Part shown: positions 1 through 8,750 of the stretch, one piece after another | How the letters are laid out: each line of letters begins with the position of its first letter | How positions within the stretch are numbered: the stretch's first letter is position 1 | Assembly (NCBI GenBank): GCA_017551625.1 | Contig: JAFZLF010000020.1 | Span: forward strand, 1,427 to 65,426 | Reading direction: 5' to 3' | From: Clostridiales bacterium | GTDB taxonomy: Bacteria; Bacillota; Clostridia; Saccharofermentanales; Saccharofermentanaceae | DNA: 64,000 nt | Position numbers and translations under genes: made by a program | The notes under the pieces: model-generated | Databases searched by the model: none | Told to the model about the DNA's origin: nothing | The model's input: the letters and a program-made list of their open reading frames with translations, nothing else

Positions 1-2
1 AC

Positions 3-1205
3 TGGTTCTTCTATGAGAACTACGATGTAAACGGCGCCCTCGCTTCCCGCGAGCTGATGCTCACCCGTCTCGAGAACTACATCAAGGGCGTTTTCGAGTA
101 TATCGGCACGAACTACCCGGGTATGTTCTATGCATTTGACGTGGCGAATGAGTGCGTGGATGACAGCTATAATCTCCGCGAGAGCAACTGGACAAAGACC
201 ATCGGTGACGATTTCCTCGAGTATGCTTTTAAATTTGCCAGACAGTATGCACCGGAAGGTGTTCTCCTGTTCTATAACGACTACAACGAGTATGTCGAAG
301 GCAAGCAGAACAAGATCATCGAAGTCTTAAAGCCGATCGCTGAGGCCGGAAACCTCGACGGTATGGGCCTGCAGTCTCATATCTCCAGTCCGATCTCGAT
401 GGAGAAGTATATCGGTGCACTGAAGAAGTATGCGGATGAACTCGGTGTCGTGATCCATGTAACGGAGCTCGATGTCAATGCCGTGAAGTCTTCGAGCAAT
501 CCTGAATATGATCAGGGTGTGTATTATCTGAATCTCTTTAAGGCTCTTCTCGATGCCAAGGCCGAAGGCTATAAGATCGAGAGTGTTACGATCTGGGGCC
601 TGACGGATGCCGGTTCCTGGCGTTCTTCCGAGACTCCGGTACTCTTCCGTGGCGACCTTTCCAAGAAGATGGCCTTTGACGGTGTCGTTCTTGCGAAGAA
701 GGGCGGAGAACTCGAGAAGCCTGCTGATTATGTCGAACCGCCGAAGGATGATGATCCGTTTGATGATAACTTCGAGAATGGTGAATTTGCCGGTTCCCCG
801 CGTGCAAACGCGAATCTGACTGTCGTGACCGATGATCCGCAGGAAGGCGAGAAGTGCCTCTACATCTCCGGCATGACGCAGACATGGGATGGCTACGTGA
901 TCAATCTGACCCGTTACCTCGGTAAGAAGATCAAGTTCTCGTTCGCAGTCAAGTCTACTGCAGATGTCGTAGCATTTAGTGCAGATATTTCCGACCTGTG
1001 GCCTCATATTATCGAGGTGGATACCAGCAGCGGCGAGTGGGTCGTCGTAGAAGGTGAGATGGATCTGACCACCTCCAACTGGGTACTGCCGTCCGGTGAG
1101 GTTGAAGTTCCGGCGGATCTCGATGCACTTAACCTGTACTTCGAGAGCTTCGACTGTGTCGATGATATCTATCTGGATGCAGTGCATCTCGAGGTAGTTG
1201 AGTAA
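3..1205 (+). CDS. Endo-1,4-beta-xylanase, GH10 catalytic domain (5' end lies outside the window) with a C-terminal CBM4/9/22-like carbohydrate-binding module
   Basis: The frame is open from base 3 with no stop, so the ORF-track Met at 57 is internal. GH10 signatures are FDVANE (acid/base Glu) and HVTELDV (nucleophile Glu). A PADYVEPPKDDDP linker is followed by a ~150-aa beta-rich module. Confidence 0.85.
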   Translation, partial: WFFYENYDVNGALASRELMLTRLENYIKGVFEYIGTNYPGMFYAFDVANECVDDSYNLRESNWTKTIGDDFLEYAFKFARQYAPEGVLLFYNDYNEYVEGKQNKIIEVLKPIAEAGNLDGMGLQSHISSPISMEKYIGALKKYADELGVVIHVTELDVNAVKSSSNPEYDQGVYYLNLFKALLDAKAEGYKIESVTIWGLTDAGSWRSSETPVLFRGDLSKKMAFDGVVLAKKGGELEKPADYVEPPKDDDPFDDNFENGEFAGSPRANANLTVVTDDPQEGEKCLYISGMTQTWDGYVINLTRYLGKKIKFSFAVKSTADVVAFSADISDLWPHIIEVDTSSGEWVVVEGEMDLTTSNWVLPSGEVEVPADLDALNLYFESFDCVDDIYLDAVHLEVVE

Positions 1206-1236
1206 ACCGACGAAGAATCAATCAAGTGATTCCGAT

Positions 1237-1269
1237 GGGGGGGCTGCTCGTATGAGCGGTCCCCTTTTT
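1237..1269 (+). terminator. Intrinsic terminator after the xylanase gene
   Basis: GC-rich hairpin GGGGGGCTGCTC-gtat-GAGCGGTCCCC followed by TTTTTG, about 30 nt after the stop codon. Confidence 0.55.
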
Positions 1270-1362
1270 GTCTGGCTTGGGCGGTTGGTATGGTCCGGTC
1301 CCGGTAAAATGTAGTAGGTATGATATACTTGAAAACAGATAATACAGCGGCAGGTAGGGAAT

Positions 1363-1884
1363 ATGAGTATTTGCGCAATTGTAGCAGTGGATAGAAACTG
1401 GGCGATCGGAAATAAGGGGAAGCTCCTGGTTAGTCTTCCTGAAGATCAGAAACAGAACTTCAAAGTAAAGACGATGGGCCATCCTGTCATCTACGGAAGG
1501 AAGACGAAGGATACGTTCCCGGGAGGGAAACTCCTTCCGGGTCGCGAGAACATCATTCTTTCGAGAAACACGGATCTGGTCGTAGATGGCGCGAAGGTCA
1601 TGCATTCTCTTGAGGAAGTTCTGGACTATACGAAGGTTCAGCCGGAAGAGACCTTCTTCATCATCGGCGGGGCCCAGATCTATGAGCAGTTTCTGCCTTA
1701 CTGTGATACATGTATCGTCTCAAGGATCGATGCGGAATATGAAGCGGATACCTACTTTCCCAATCTTGATAATCTCAAAGAGTGGAAGGGTGTCAGGTCC
1801 GAAGGCCCGATCGAGTCGGTAAAGGGCGTGAGCTTTGAAATCTGGACGTTTAGACGTGATAAGAGGTATAAGGCTCATCGTTAA
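1363..1884 (+). CDS. folA: Dihydrofolate reductase
   Basis: 173 aa. N-terminal IVAVDRNWAIGNKGKLL and later GRKT..S.P..LPGR.NIILSR are typical DHFR motifs. An RBS-like GGTAGGGAA lies before the ATG. Confidence 0.9.
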   Translation: MSICAIVAVDRNWAIGNKGKLLVSLPEDQKQNFKVKTMGHPVIYGRKTKDTFPGGKLLPGRENIILSRNTDLVVDGAKVMHSLEEVLDYTKVQPEETFFIIGGAQIYEQFLPYCDTCIVSRIDAEYEADTYFPNLDNLKEWKGVRSEGPIESVKGVSFEIWTFRRDKRYKAHR

Positions 1885-1958
1885 CATGCACAAATCGGCT
1901 ATGTGCAATATGCACAAGCGAAGGCGACTTCGTATGTGCAACCTCTACAAAACGTGCG

Positions 1959-1987
1959 TTGACTCTCATTGGCGGTAAAGCTATAAT
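1959..1987 (+). promoter_or_regulatory. Near-consensus sigma-70/SigA promoter for the 88-aa ORF
   Basis: TTGACT (1959-1964), exact 17-nt spacer, TATAAT (1982-1987). It lies about 75 nt upstream of the ATG at 2062. Confidence 0.6.
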
Positions 1988-2061
1988 GAGCTCGCAAGGT
2001 AAGAAATGACCTTGGCAAGAAAAAAGGAAAAAGAAACACATGATTTAAGGAGGTAGTCACC

Positions 2062-2328
2062 ATGAAGGCTTTTAACATGAGCAATGTAGATGTTCACCAG
2101 TTTATGCAGGCACTTGATTCCTGTTCCGGCGATGTAATGCTTATTACCGATGAAGGTGACAAGTTTAATCTGAAGAGCAAGCTCAGCCAGATCACAGGTC
2201 TGATGAAGCTGATCGAGGGCGGTAAGCTCGTTAGCGCGAAGATCTACTGCTCCAACCAGGAAGATGAAGCGCTGCTGTTCAGACTGAATCTTTTCGGAAC
2301 GGTGGAAGACGTCGAGAGCATCGGCTGA
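2062..2328 (+). CDS. Small acidic hypothetical protein (88 aa)
   Basis: Strong RBS (AAGGAGG, 7-nt spacing), its own consensus promoter, and hairpins downstream. I recognise no family. Confidence 0.6.
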   Translation: MKAFNMSNVDVHQFMQALDSCSGDVMLITDEGDKFNLKSKLSQITGLMKLIEGGKLVSAKIYCSNQEDEALLFRLNLFGTVEDVESIG

Positions 2329-2391
2329 GATTTCGCCAGAAAACCTTAAGCGGAGGACAGTTTCCTTTGCTTAATCAATCTGATCATTCAC

Positions 2392-2429
2392 GGGACCGTG
2401 TCGGAAGAACCGATGCGGTCCTGTTTTCT
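2392..2429 (+). terminator. Intrinsic terminator after the 88-aa ORF
   Basis: Hairpin GGGACCGTGTCGG-aagaa-CCGATGCGGTCCT followed by GTTTTCTG. Confidence 0.55.
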
Positions 2430-2522
2430 GTCGGATCAGTACACAGGTGTTTCTTTACTTTTTCTTAGTACATTCTTCTTATGGATTGACTATAATGATT
2501 CTGCAGGAGGGGAAATCTGTCC

Positions 2523-3362
2523 ATGATCAAAGAATTGAAAGTGAATTTCTACCGCATCATCAGGACGAAGTCATTTATTGTTATTTCGATCCTTCTGATC
2601 CTGGGTGCTTTGATCTCATCTGTGGAGATCAAGTTCTGTGTCGACGATCCTTTCGGTATTATGGATATTCTTAAGCAGGCGGCGACAGAATCCTCTACGA
2701 CTGAGGCGGACAGGGAGTCTTTCGATCTTATCTTCAGGAGTCTGGATGAATTTCGTACTGTGAATAATCTGTCCGGCGTCGTCCGTATGATGATGTGCTC
2801 GGATATAACCTGTTTTCTCCACTGTATATTTGTCGCACTATTTGTGTCTTCGGAATATAAATCACGTTTCCATGTGAATCATTTCTCCCTGAATACGAGA
2901 CCGGAGCATATCGTTTTCATGGAGTGGCTGACGCTGATGATCGTGATTGTTCTGATGGAGATCGTGTGCTATGGGGTGACGCTGGGATTATCGATCCTCA
3001 TGTGTAACTCATTCCACTTTGATGATGGGATGCGGATGCTCAAGTACAGTTCGCTTGCGCTGGGCGTGATTATCGCATTTGCGAGCTTCAGTTTCATGAT
3101 CGCTTTCCTTCGTAAGGCCGGCGCACTTGCGATCGTGCTTAGTTCGCTGTTTGTCTTCGGAGTTTTCGACTTCGTTCTCGGGATCATCTCTGTATGGGCT
3201 TCGTGGGCCGGAAGATTCTCGCTCAATAATATCCTCTCAGGGATCTCGGTCAACGCCATCACTTCCTTTGACTACATGATCGGAATGGGTGTGGTGCTGC
3301 TGTATGTAGTCATTTTCGCGGGCATTCCGATCATTGTCGCAAGTAAGCGGGATCCGTACTAA
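2523..3362 (+). CDS. Multi-pass membrane protein, ABC-2-type permease-like (orphan)
   Basis: 279 aa. The N-terminus (MIKELKVNFYRIIRTKSFIVISILLILGALI) and about six hydrophobic segments resemble ABC-2 permeases. No cognate ATPase gene is adjacent. Confidence 0.5.
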   Translation: MIKELKVNFYRIIRTKSFIVISILLILGALISSVEIKFCVDDPFGIMDILKQAATESSTTEADRESFDLIFRSLDEFRTVNNLSGVVRMMMCSDITCFLHCIFVALFVSSEYKSRFHVNHFSLNTRPEHIVFMEWLTLMIVIVLMEIVCYGVTLGLSILMCNSFHFDDGMRMLKYSSLALGVIIAFASFSFMIAFLRKAGALAIVLSSLFVFGVFDFVLGIISVWASWAGRFSLNNILSGISVNAITSFDYMIGMGVVLLYVVIFAGIPIIVASKRDPY

Positions 3363-3376
3363 GAACTGTTCTTTTG

Positions 3377-3385
3377 TGGTATAAT
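3377..3385 (+). promoter_or_regulatory. Extended -10 promoter element upstream of the 3421 gene
   Basis: TGgTATAAT (TG at 3377-3378, TATAAT at 3380-3385), 35 nt before the ATG. No good -35 element. Confidence 0.4.
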
Positions 3386-3420
3386 AATATGTCACGAAAT
3401 TTGCATTCTTAGGAGATTTT

Positions 3421-4323
3421 ATGATCAACTACCTTTATAATGCCAGAGATATCGCTGCATACTTCAAGTGGGCGGGTGTCACGTCGCATCAGGAGAAGGA
3501 GTATCTGCACTATTTCTTTCAGATCGGTAAAGATATACTGGCGAAACCGCTGACCTATGACTATGAGACCTTTGAGAAGGCCGTCTACAGGGAACTTTAC
3601 TACCTGTGGTCGGAAGGCTTCGAAAATGAGTTCTCCGATATTGCGACGATCGCGCCGAAGGGATCGGTGTCTCTGATCTGTGATCAGGAATTCATCACGC
3701 TCGAATCGTACATGAAGCTTCTGGCACTGCATCTCATCTTCTCGAGAAATCTTCCATATGTTCATGTAAACTTCACGGGGCTGATGCTGCCTCTGGGCTT
3801 GAAGGGCGAGTTTACGGACTTCGAGAGAAATGTGGTCATTGCCTGTGAGACGCTTCATCTGACAACAGAAGATGTATTTGCCCAGCCGTTCGATCTCCAT
3901 TTAGGTATCCCGGATGAGAAACTGAGATTGTGCCTGGAGCCGGAATTCAGAAAGAGTCTCGCGACACATGAGGACTTCCGTAAGCGCTTCATCAAGAATG
4001 CCGCTTCACGTCTTCAGGAACTGAAGAAGACCTCAGCGGAGATCCAGGAGAAGGAAGAGAAGAAAAAGCAGAGGCTCCTTAAGAGAAAACAGGCTCGAGA
4101 GGCGGCCAAGGCAGAAAGGGAAGCTGTTAAGGCGAAGAAGGCACAGGAGGAAGAGAAGGCAGCTAAGCCCAAGAAGACTTCCTCATGCGTAAAGAAAGCA
4201 CCGGCTAAGAAGGTGAAAGCCCAAAAGCCCGAGGGGACAGGTGCGATCGTCGAGATCGTGGTCGGTAAGCCTGAGGAAACTGCTGTTAAGAAAGAGACAA
4301 AACCGAAAAAGAAGGAAGAATAA
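3421..4323 (+). CDS. Hypothetical protein with a ~200-aa globular N-terminal part and a Lys/Glu/Ala-rich C-terminal tail
   Basis: 300 aa, with an AGGAG RBS. The tail (KKKQRLLKRKQAREAAKAEREAVKAKKAQEEEKAAKPKK...) is histone-H1-like low complexity. The gene ends 18 nt before the 1463-aa gene. Confidence 0.55.
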   Translation: MINYLYNARDIAAYFKWAGVTSHQEKEYLHYFFQIGKDILAKPLTYDYETFEKAVYRELYYLWSEGFENEFSDIATIAPKGSVSLICDQEFITLESYMKLLALHLIFSRNLPYVHVNFTGLMLPLGLKGEFTDFERNVVIACETLHLTTEDVFAQPFDLHLGIPDEKLRLCLEPEFRKSLATHEDFRKRFIKNAASRLQELKKTSAEIQEKEEKKKQRLLKRKQAREAAKAEREAVKAKKAQEEEKAAKPKKTSSCVKKAPAKKVKAQKPEGTGAIVEIVVGKPEETAVKKETKPKKKEE

Positions 4324-4341
4324 GAAAGATAGGATAGTTTC

Positions 4342-7300
4342 ATGGAAACAGTGAAGTGTATGGGCCTGGATATAGGCTCGACGACGATCAAGATCGTAAT
4401 CACAGAAGAAGAAAAAGTGGTGTATTCAGAATACAGGAGACACCACTCTGATATTGCCGGAGAACTTTTAAGTGCTTTTGAAGAAGTAAATAAGAAATAC
4501 CCGGGGCTTGAGGCGCGTGTGCAGATCACAGGCTCCGGCGGACTTTCCGTTGCCAAGTGGCTCGGCCTCGATTTCGTGCAGGAAGTTATCGCGGAGACCG
4601 TCGCGATCACGAAGTATCATCCGGAGACGGATGTCATCATCGAGCTTGGCGGTGAGGATGCGAAGATCACGTATCTGCATCCTGTTCCGGAACAGCGAAT
4701 GAACGGTACATGCGCCGGCGGAACAGGGGCATTTATCGATCAGATGGCGACACTTCTTCGTACCGATGCTGACGGCCTTAATGAGATGGCCAAGTCCTAT
4801 ACGACACTTTATACCATCGCATCCCGATGCGGTGTTTTCGCCAAGAGTGACCTACAGCCTCTGATCAACGAAGGCGCGGCGAAGGAGGACCTTGCGGCCT
4901 CGATTTTCCAGGCTGTTGTCAACCAAACGATCGCAGGACTCGCGTGCGGACGTCCGATCAGAGGACATATCGCTTTTCTTGGCGGTCCGCTGTTCTTTAA
5001 CTCCGAACTTCGTAAAGCCTTCGAGAGAACTCTGGAAGAGCAGGTGAAGTCTTTCTGGATCCCGGATAATGCGCAGATCTACGTCGCACTTGGCGCGGCG
5101 CTGGGCGCAAAAGGCGAACCGGTCAAACTCTCGGATCTTATCGCTTCTTTCTCATCCAGAGAGGGCTTCGAGCCGGATATCAAGCGTATCGCGCCGCTTT
5201 TCGCCGATGCCCGTGAAAAAGAACTTTTCGACGAAAGACATCAGCGTGCAACGCTCGATCTCTATCAGCTGTCGAAGCAGAAGGGTCCGTGCTACCTCGG
5301 TATCGATGCTGGTAGTACGACTACGAAGGCCGTTCTTATCAACGAAGAAGGGCAGATGGTCTATACCTACTACGCCAGTAATCAGGGTAATCCGGTTAAG
5401 AGTGCGGTCAATATCGTCAAACAGCTCTATGAGCAGATGCCGCCGGAGACCTATATCGCGAACAGCTGCGTGACCGGTTACGGCGAGAATATCATCCGCG
5501 CTGCGCTCGGCGTCGACCTCGGCGAGATCGAGACGATGGCGCACTTCCAGTCCGCGAAGTATTTCTGCCCGGACGTCGATTTTATCATCGATATCGGCGG
5601 TCAGGACATGAAGTGTATGAAGATCCGTAACGGCGTCATCGACTCCATCATGCTGAACGAGGCCTGTTCTTCGGGCTGCGGATCCTTTATCCAGACATTC
5701 GCCGAGAACCTCAACATGGACGCGCACACATTTTCCATCGAGGCGCTCTCGGCCGAGAACCCGGTCGATCTCGGTACGAGATGTACGGTATTCATGAACT
5801 CGAAAGTAAAGCAGGCGCAGAAAGAAGGCGCGACAGTCGGTGATATCTCCGCGGGTCTTTCCTATTCCGTCGTTCGAAATGCGCTCTATAAGGTCATCAA
5901 GATACGTGATACTCAGGAGCTCGGTAAGAAGATCGTCGTACAGGGAGGTACTTTCCTGAACGATGCGATCCTGCGCTGCTTCGAACTTATCTCCGGACGT
6001 GAGGTCATAAGGCCGAATGTTGCCGGCCTGATGGGGGCCTTTGGCGCGGCGATCATTGCAAAGAAACGTATGCCGAAGGACCAGAAAGTTTCCGGTCTTC
6101 TCGGACTTGAGGAACTGAACCGCTTCGAGATGACGACCGAGATGGCGACCTGCCCGCTCTGCACGAACCACTGTAAACTCACGATCTCCACATTCAGTAA
6201 CGGTGAACGTTTCATTTCCGGTAACCGCTGTGAAAGAGGCGAAGGAAAAGAGAAGGCGAAGGATACGCTCCCGAACCTCATCGCATATAAGTACGCGAGA
6301 ACGTTCCGCTATAAGCCGCTCGCGAAGGATAAGGCTCCGAGAGGCGAGATCGGTATCCCGAGAGCCCTCAACATGTACGAGAACTATCCGTTCTGGTTCA
6401 CGGTCCTTACGGAACTGGGCTTCTCCGTAATCATCTCTCCGAGATCAAATCATGCGCTCTTCGAGAAGGGTATGGACTCGATCCCGTCCGAGAGTGTATG
6501 CTATCCGGCGAAACTTGTGCACGGTCATATCGAGGCTCTGATCGAGAAGGGCATCAAGACGATCTTCTATCCGGACGTTCCCTATGAGCGTCACGAGAAC
6601 AAGGGCTCCGGCAACCACTTTAACTGCCCGATCGTCGCGTCGTATCCGGAAGTCATCCGCAATAACCTCGAGAATATCCAGGACAAGGGCATCAAGTACT
6701 TAAACCCGTTTCTGCCGCTCGATAACGACGAAGCGCTGGCCGAACAGCTCGCCATCGCTTTTGCGGAGTTTGGCGTTACGAAAGACGAGGCGGCGAAGGC
6801 AGTCGCAGCAGGAAATAAGGAATACGACGACTATAAGGCAGATATCAGAAAGAAGGGTCAGGAGGTCATCGAAGACCTCGAGAGAACCGGACAAAAGGGT
6901 ATCGTGCTATCCGGACGTCCGTATCACACCGATCCCGAGATCCATCACGGTATCCCGGAGATGATCAATTCCCTGGGCCTTGCGGTCTTAAGTGAAGACA
7001 GCGTCGCAGTCCCGGGAAGACTCGAGCGTCCGATCCGTGTTGTCGACCAGTGGATGTACCATACACGTCTGTACGAAGCGGCAGCGTATGTCGCGACGAA
7101 CGATAACCTCGAGCTCGTGCAGCTTACATCCTTCGGCTGTGGTCTCGATGCCGTTACCTCTGACCAGGTGCAGGAGATCCTCGAATCACAGGGTAAGCTC
7201 TATACGCTTCTAAAGATCGATGAGGTCAGTAACCTCGGTGCGGCCCGTATCCGTATGCGTTCCCTGAAGGTCGCGATGGATGAGCGTGAAGCGGCGAGAA

Positions 7301-8733
7301 AAGACGGCACGATGCCAAAGAGAGAGAAGAAATCGTATACCATCAAGCGAGTGCCTTTCACGGAGGAGCATAAGAAACGTCATACGATCCTCGCGCCGCA
7401 GATGGCGCCGATCGAGTTCGAATTCGTCGAAGCGGTCTTCCATAACCACGGATATAAGCTGAAAGTTCTGAAAGAAGCGACGCAGGCAGACATCGAGTGC
7501 GGACTCCGGTTCGTCAACAACGATGCATGTTTTCCGACCGTTATCGTTGTCGGACAGATGATCAACGCGATCCTCTCCGGTGATGTCGATAGAGATAACA
7601 CGACGGTTCTCATCACTCAGACGGGTGGTGGCTGCCGTGCGACGAACTATGTCGCCTTCTTGAGAAAAGCACTGCGCGAGGCAGGCTACGGGGATATCCC
7701 GGTCATCGCGCTGTCTGTCCAGCAGTTCGAGAAGAATCCGGGCTTTAGACCGACTCTGCCGTTCATAAACAGCGCGCTGCGTGCGATCTGCTATGGCGAT
7801 ATGCTCCAGACACTTCTTCTTCGCGTGCGTCCGTACGAGAAGGTGAAGGGCTCGGCAAATGCCCTTTATCAGTTCTGGAACCGCTGCGGTAAGCTGTTCT
7901 TCAACCCGAAGGAGAAATTCGAGGATATCACGACCGAGTACATCATGGCGGAAGCCTGCAAGAATGCGCCTCTAACCGATGACGAGAAGAAAGCCGTCGA
8001 GGACCTTTTTAAGGAGCTCCACTGCAGTAAGGTAGGACGTCCATCTTCCTATCGCCGCATGATCGACGCGACGATCGATACTTTCGATAAGTTCCCGATG
8101 CTGAACATCCCGAGAAAACCGCGTGTCGGTCTCGTCGGCGAGATCCTCGTCAAGTTCCAGCCGGATGCGAATAACCATGCAGTTGACGTCGTCGAGCAGG
8201 AAGGCTGCGAAGCCGTTGTTCCGGGACTTCTGGACTTCTTCCTCTACTGTACGATGGGCCCCGTATGGGCGGCCGAACATCTCGGCAGAAGTAAGAAAGA
8301 AGCCTGGCTCAGTAACCGGGGCATCGACCTTCTGCAGTCCTACAGAAGTCACATCGTAAAGAGAATGGAGGCCACAGGAAAGTTCCAGCTTCCGCAGAGC
8401 ATCCGACATATGGCGAAGAAAGCCGAGAGCGTCCTTTCCTGCGGGAACAATAACGGTGAAGGATGGTTCTTAACGGCCGAGATGATCGAGCTGATCGAGA
8501 GCGGTGTACCGAACATCATCTGCGCGCAGCCGTTCGCATGTCTGCCGAACCACGTGACCGGTAAGGGCATGATCAAGGAATTGCGCCGCCAGTATCCGGA
8601 ATCCAACATTATCCCGATCGACTATGACCCGGGCGCCAGCGAAGCGAACCAGCTCAACCGTATAAAGCTCATGGTCAGCACGGCGCACTACCGCGAAGAG
8701 ATGAAGAGACAGGAAGCCGAGAAGAACAAGTAA
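4342..8733 (+). CDS. Fused BcrAD/BadFG-type double activase (two ASKHA ATPase domains) plus 2-hydroxyacyl-CoA-dehydratase-like (DUF2229-type) domains
   Basis: 1463 aa. Two DxGSTTxK phosphate-1 motifs are present ([24 protein letters not shown]). Paired cluster-ligand-like Cys motifs occur in each half ([17 protein letters not shown] and [17 protein letters not shown]). A CPLCTNHC...GNRCERG Cys cluster follows, then long dehydratase-like domains. Confidence 0.8.
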   Translation: METVKCMGLDIGSTTIKIVITEEEKVVYSEYRRHHSDIAGELLSAFEEVNKKYPGLEARVQITGSGGLSVAKWLGLDFVQEVIAETVAITKYHPETDVIIELGGEDAKITYLHPVPEQRMNGTCAGGTGAFIDQMATLLRTDADGLNEMAKSYTTLYTIASRCGVFAKSDLQPLINEGAAKEDLAASIFQAVVNQTIAGLACGRPIRGHIAFLGGPLFFNSELRKAFERTLEEQVKSFWIPDNAQIYVALGAALGAKGEPVKLSDLIASFSSREGFEPDIKRIAPLFADAREKELFDERHQRATLDLYQLSKQKGPCYLGIDAGSTTTKAVLINEEGQMVYTYYASNQGNPVKSAVNIVKQLYEQMPPETYIANSCVTGYGENIIRAALGVDLGEIETMAHFQSAKYFCPDVDFIIDIGGQDMKCMKIRNGVIDSIMLNEACSSGCGSFIQTFAENLNMDAHTFSIEALSAENPVDLGTRCTVFMNSKVKQAQKEGATVGDISAGLSYSVVRNALYKVIKIRDTQELGKKIVVQGGTFLNDAILRCFELISGREVIRPNVAGLMGAFGAAIIAKKRMPKDQKVSGLLGLEELNRFEMTTEMATCPLCTNHCKLTISTFSNGERFISGNRCERGEGKEKAKDTLPNLIAYKYARTFRYKPLAKDKAPRGEIGIPRALNMYENYPFWFTVLTELGFSVIISPRSNHALFEKGMDSIPSESVCYPAKLVHGHIEALIEKGIKTIFYPDVPYERHENKGSGNHFNCPIVASYPEVIRNNLENIQDKGIKYLNPFLPLDNDEALAEQLAIAFAEFGVTKDEAAKAVAAGNKEYDDYKADIRKKGQEVIEDLERTGQKGIVLSGRPYHTDPEIHHGIPEMINSLGLAVLSEDSVAVPGRLERPIRVVDQWMYHTRLYEAAAYVATNDNLELVQLTSFGCGLDAVTSDQVQEILESQGKLYTLLKIDEVSNLGAARIRMRSLKVAMDEREAARKDGTMPKREKKSYTIKRVPFTEEHKKRHTILAPQMAPIEFEFVEAVFHNHGYKLKVLKEATQADIECGLRFVNNDACFPTVIVVGQMINAILSGDVDRDNTTVLITQTGGGCRATNYVAFLRKALREAGYGDIPVIALSVQQFEKNPGFRPTLPFINSALRAICYGDMLQTLLLRVRPYEKVKGSANALYQFWNRCGKLFFNPKEKFEDITTEYIMAEACKNAPLTDDEKKAVEDLFKELHCSKVGRPSSYRRMIDATIDTFDKFPMLNIPRKPRVGLVGEILVKFQPDANNHAVDVVEQEGCEAVVPGLLDFFLYCTMGPVWAAEHLGRSKKEAWLSNRGIDLLQSYRSHIVKRMEATGKFQLPQSIRHMAKKAESVLSCGNNNGEGWFLTAEMIELIESGVPNIICAQPFACLPNHVTGKGMIKELRRQYPESNIIPIDYDPGASEANQLNRIKLMVSTAHYREEMKRQEAEKNK

Positions 8734-8750
8734 AATCGGGAGAGACCGCT

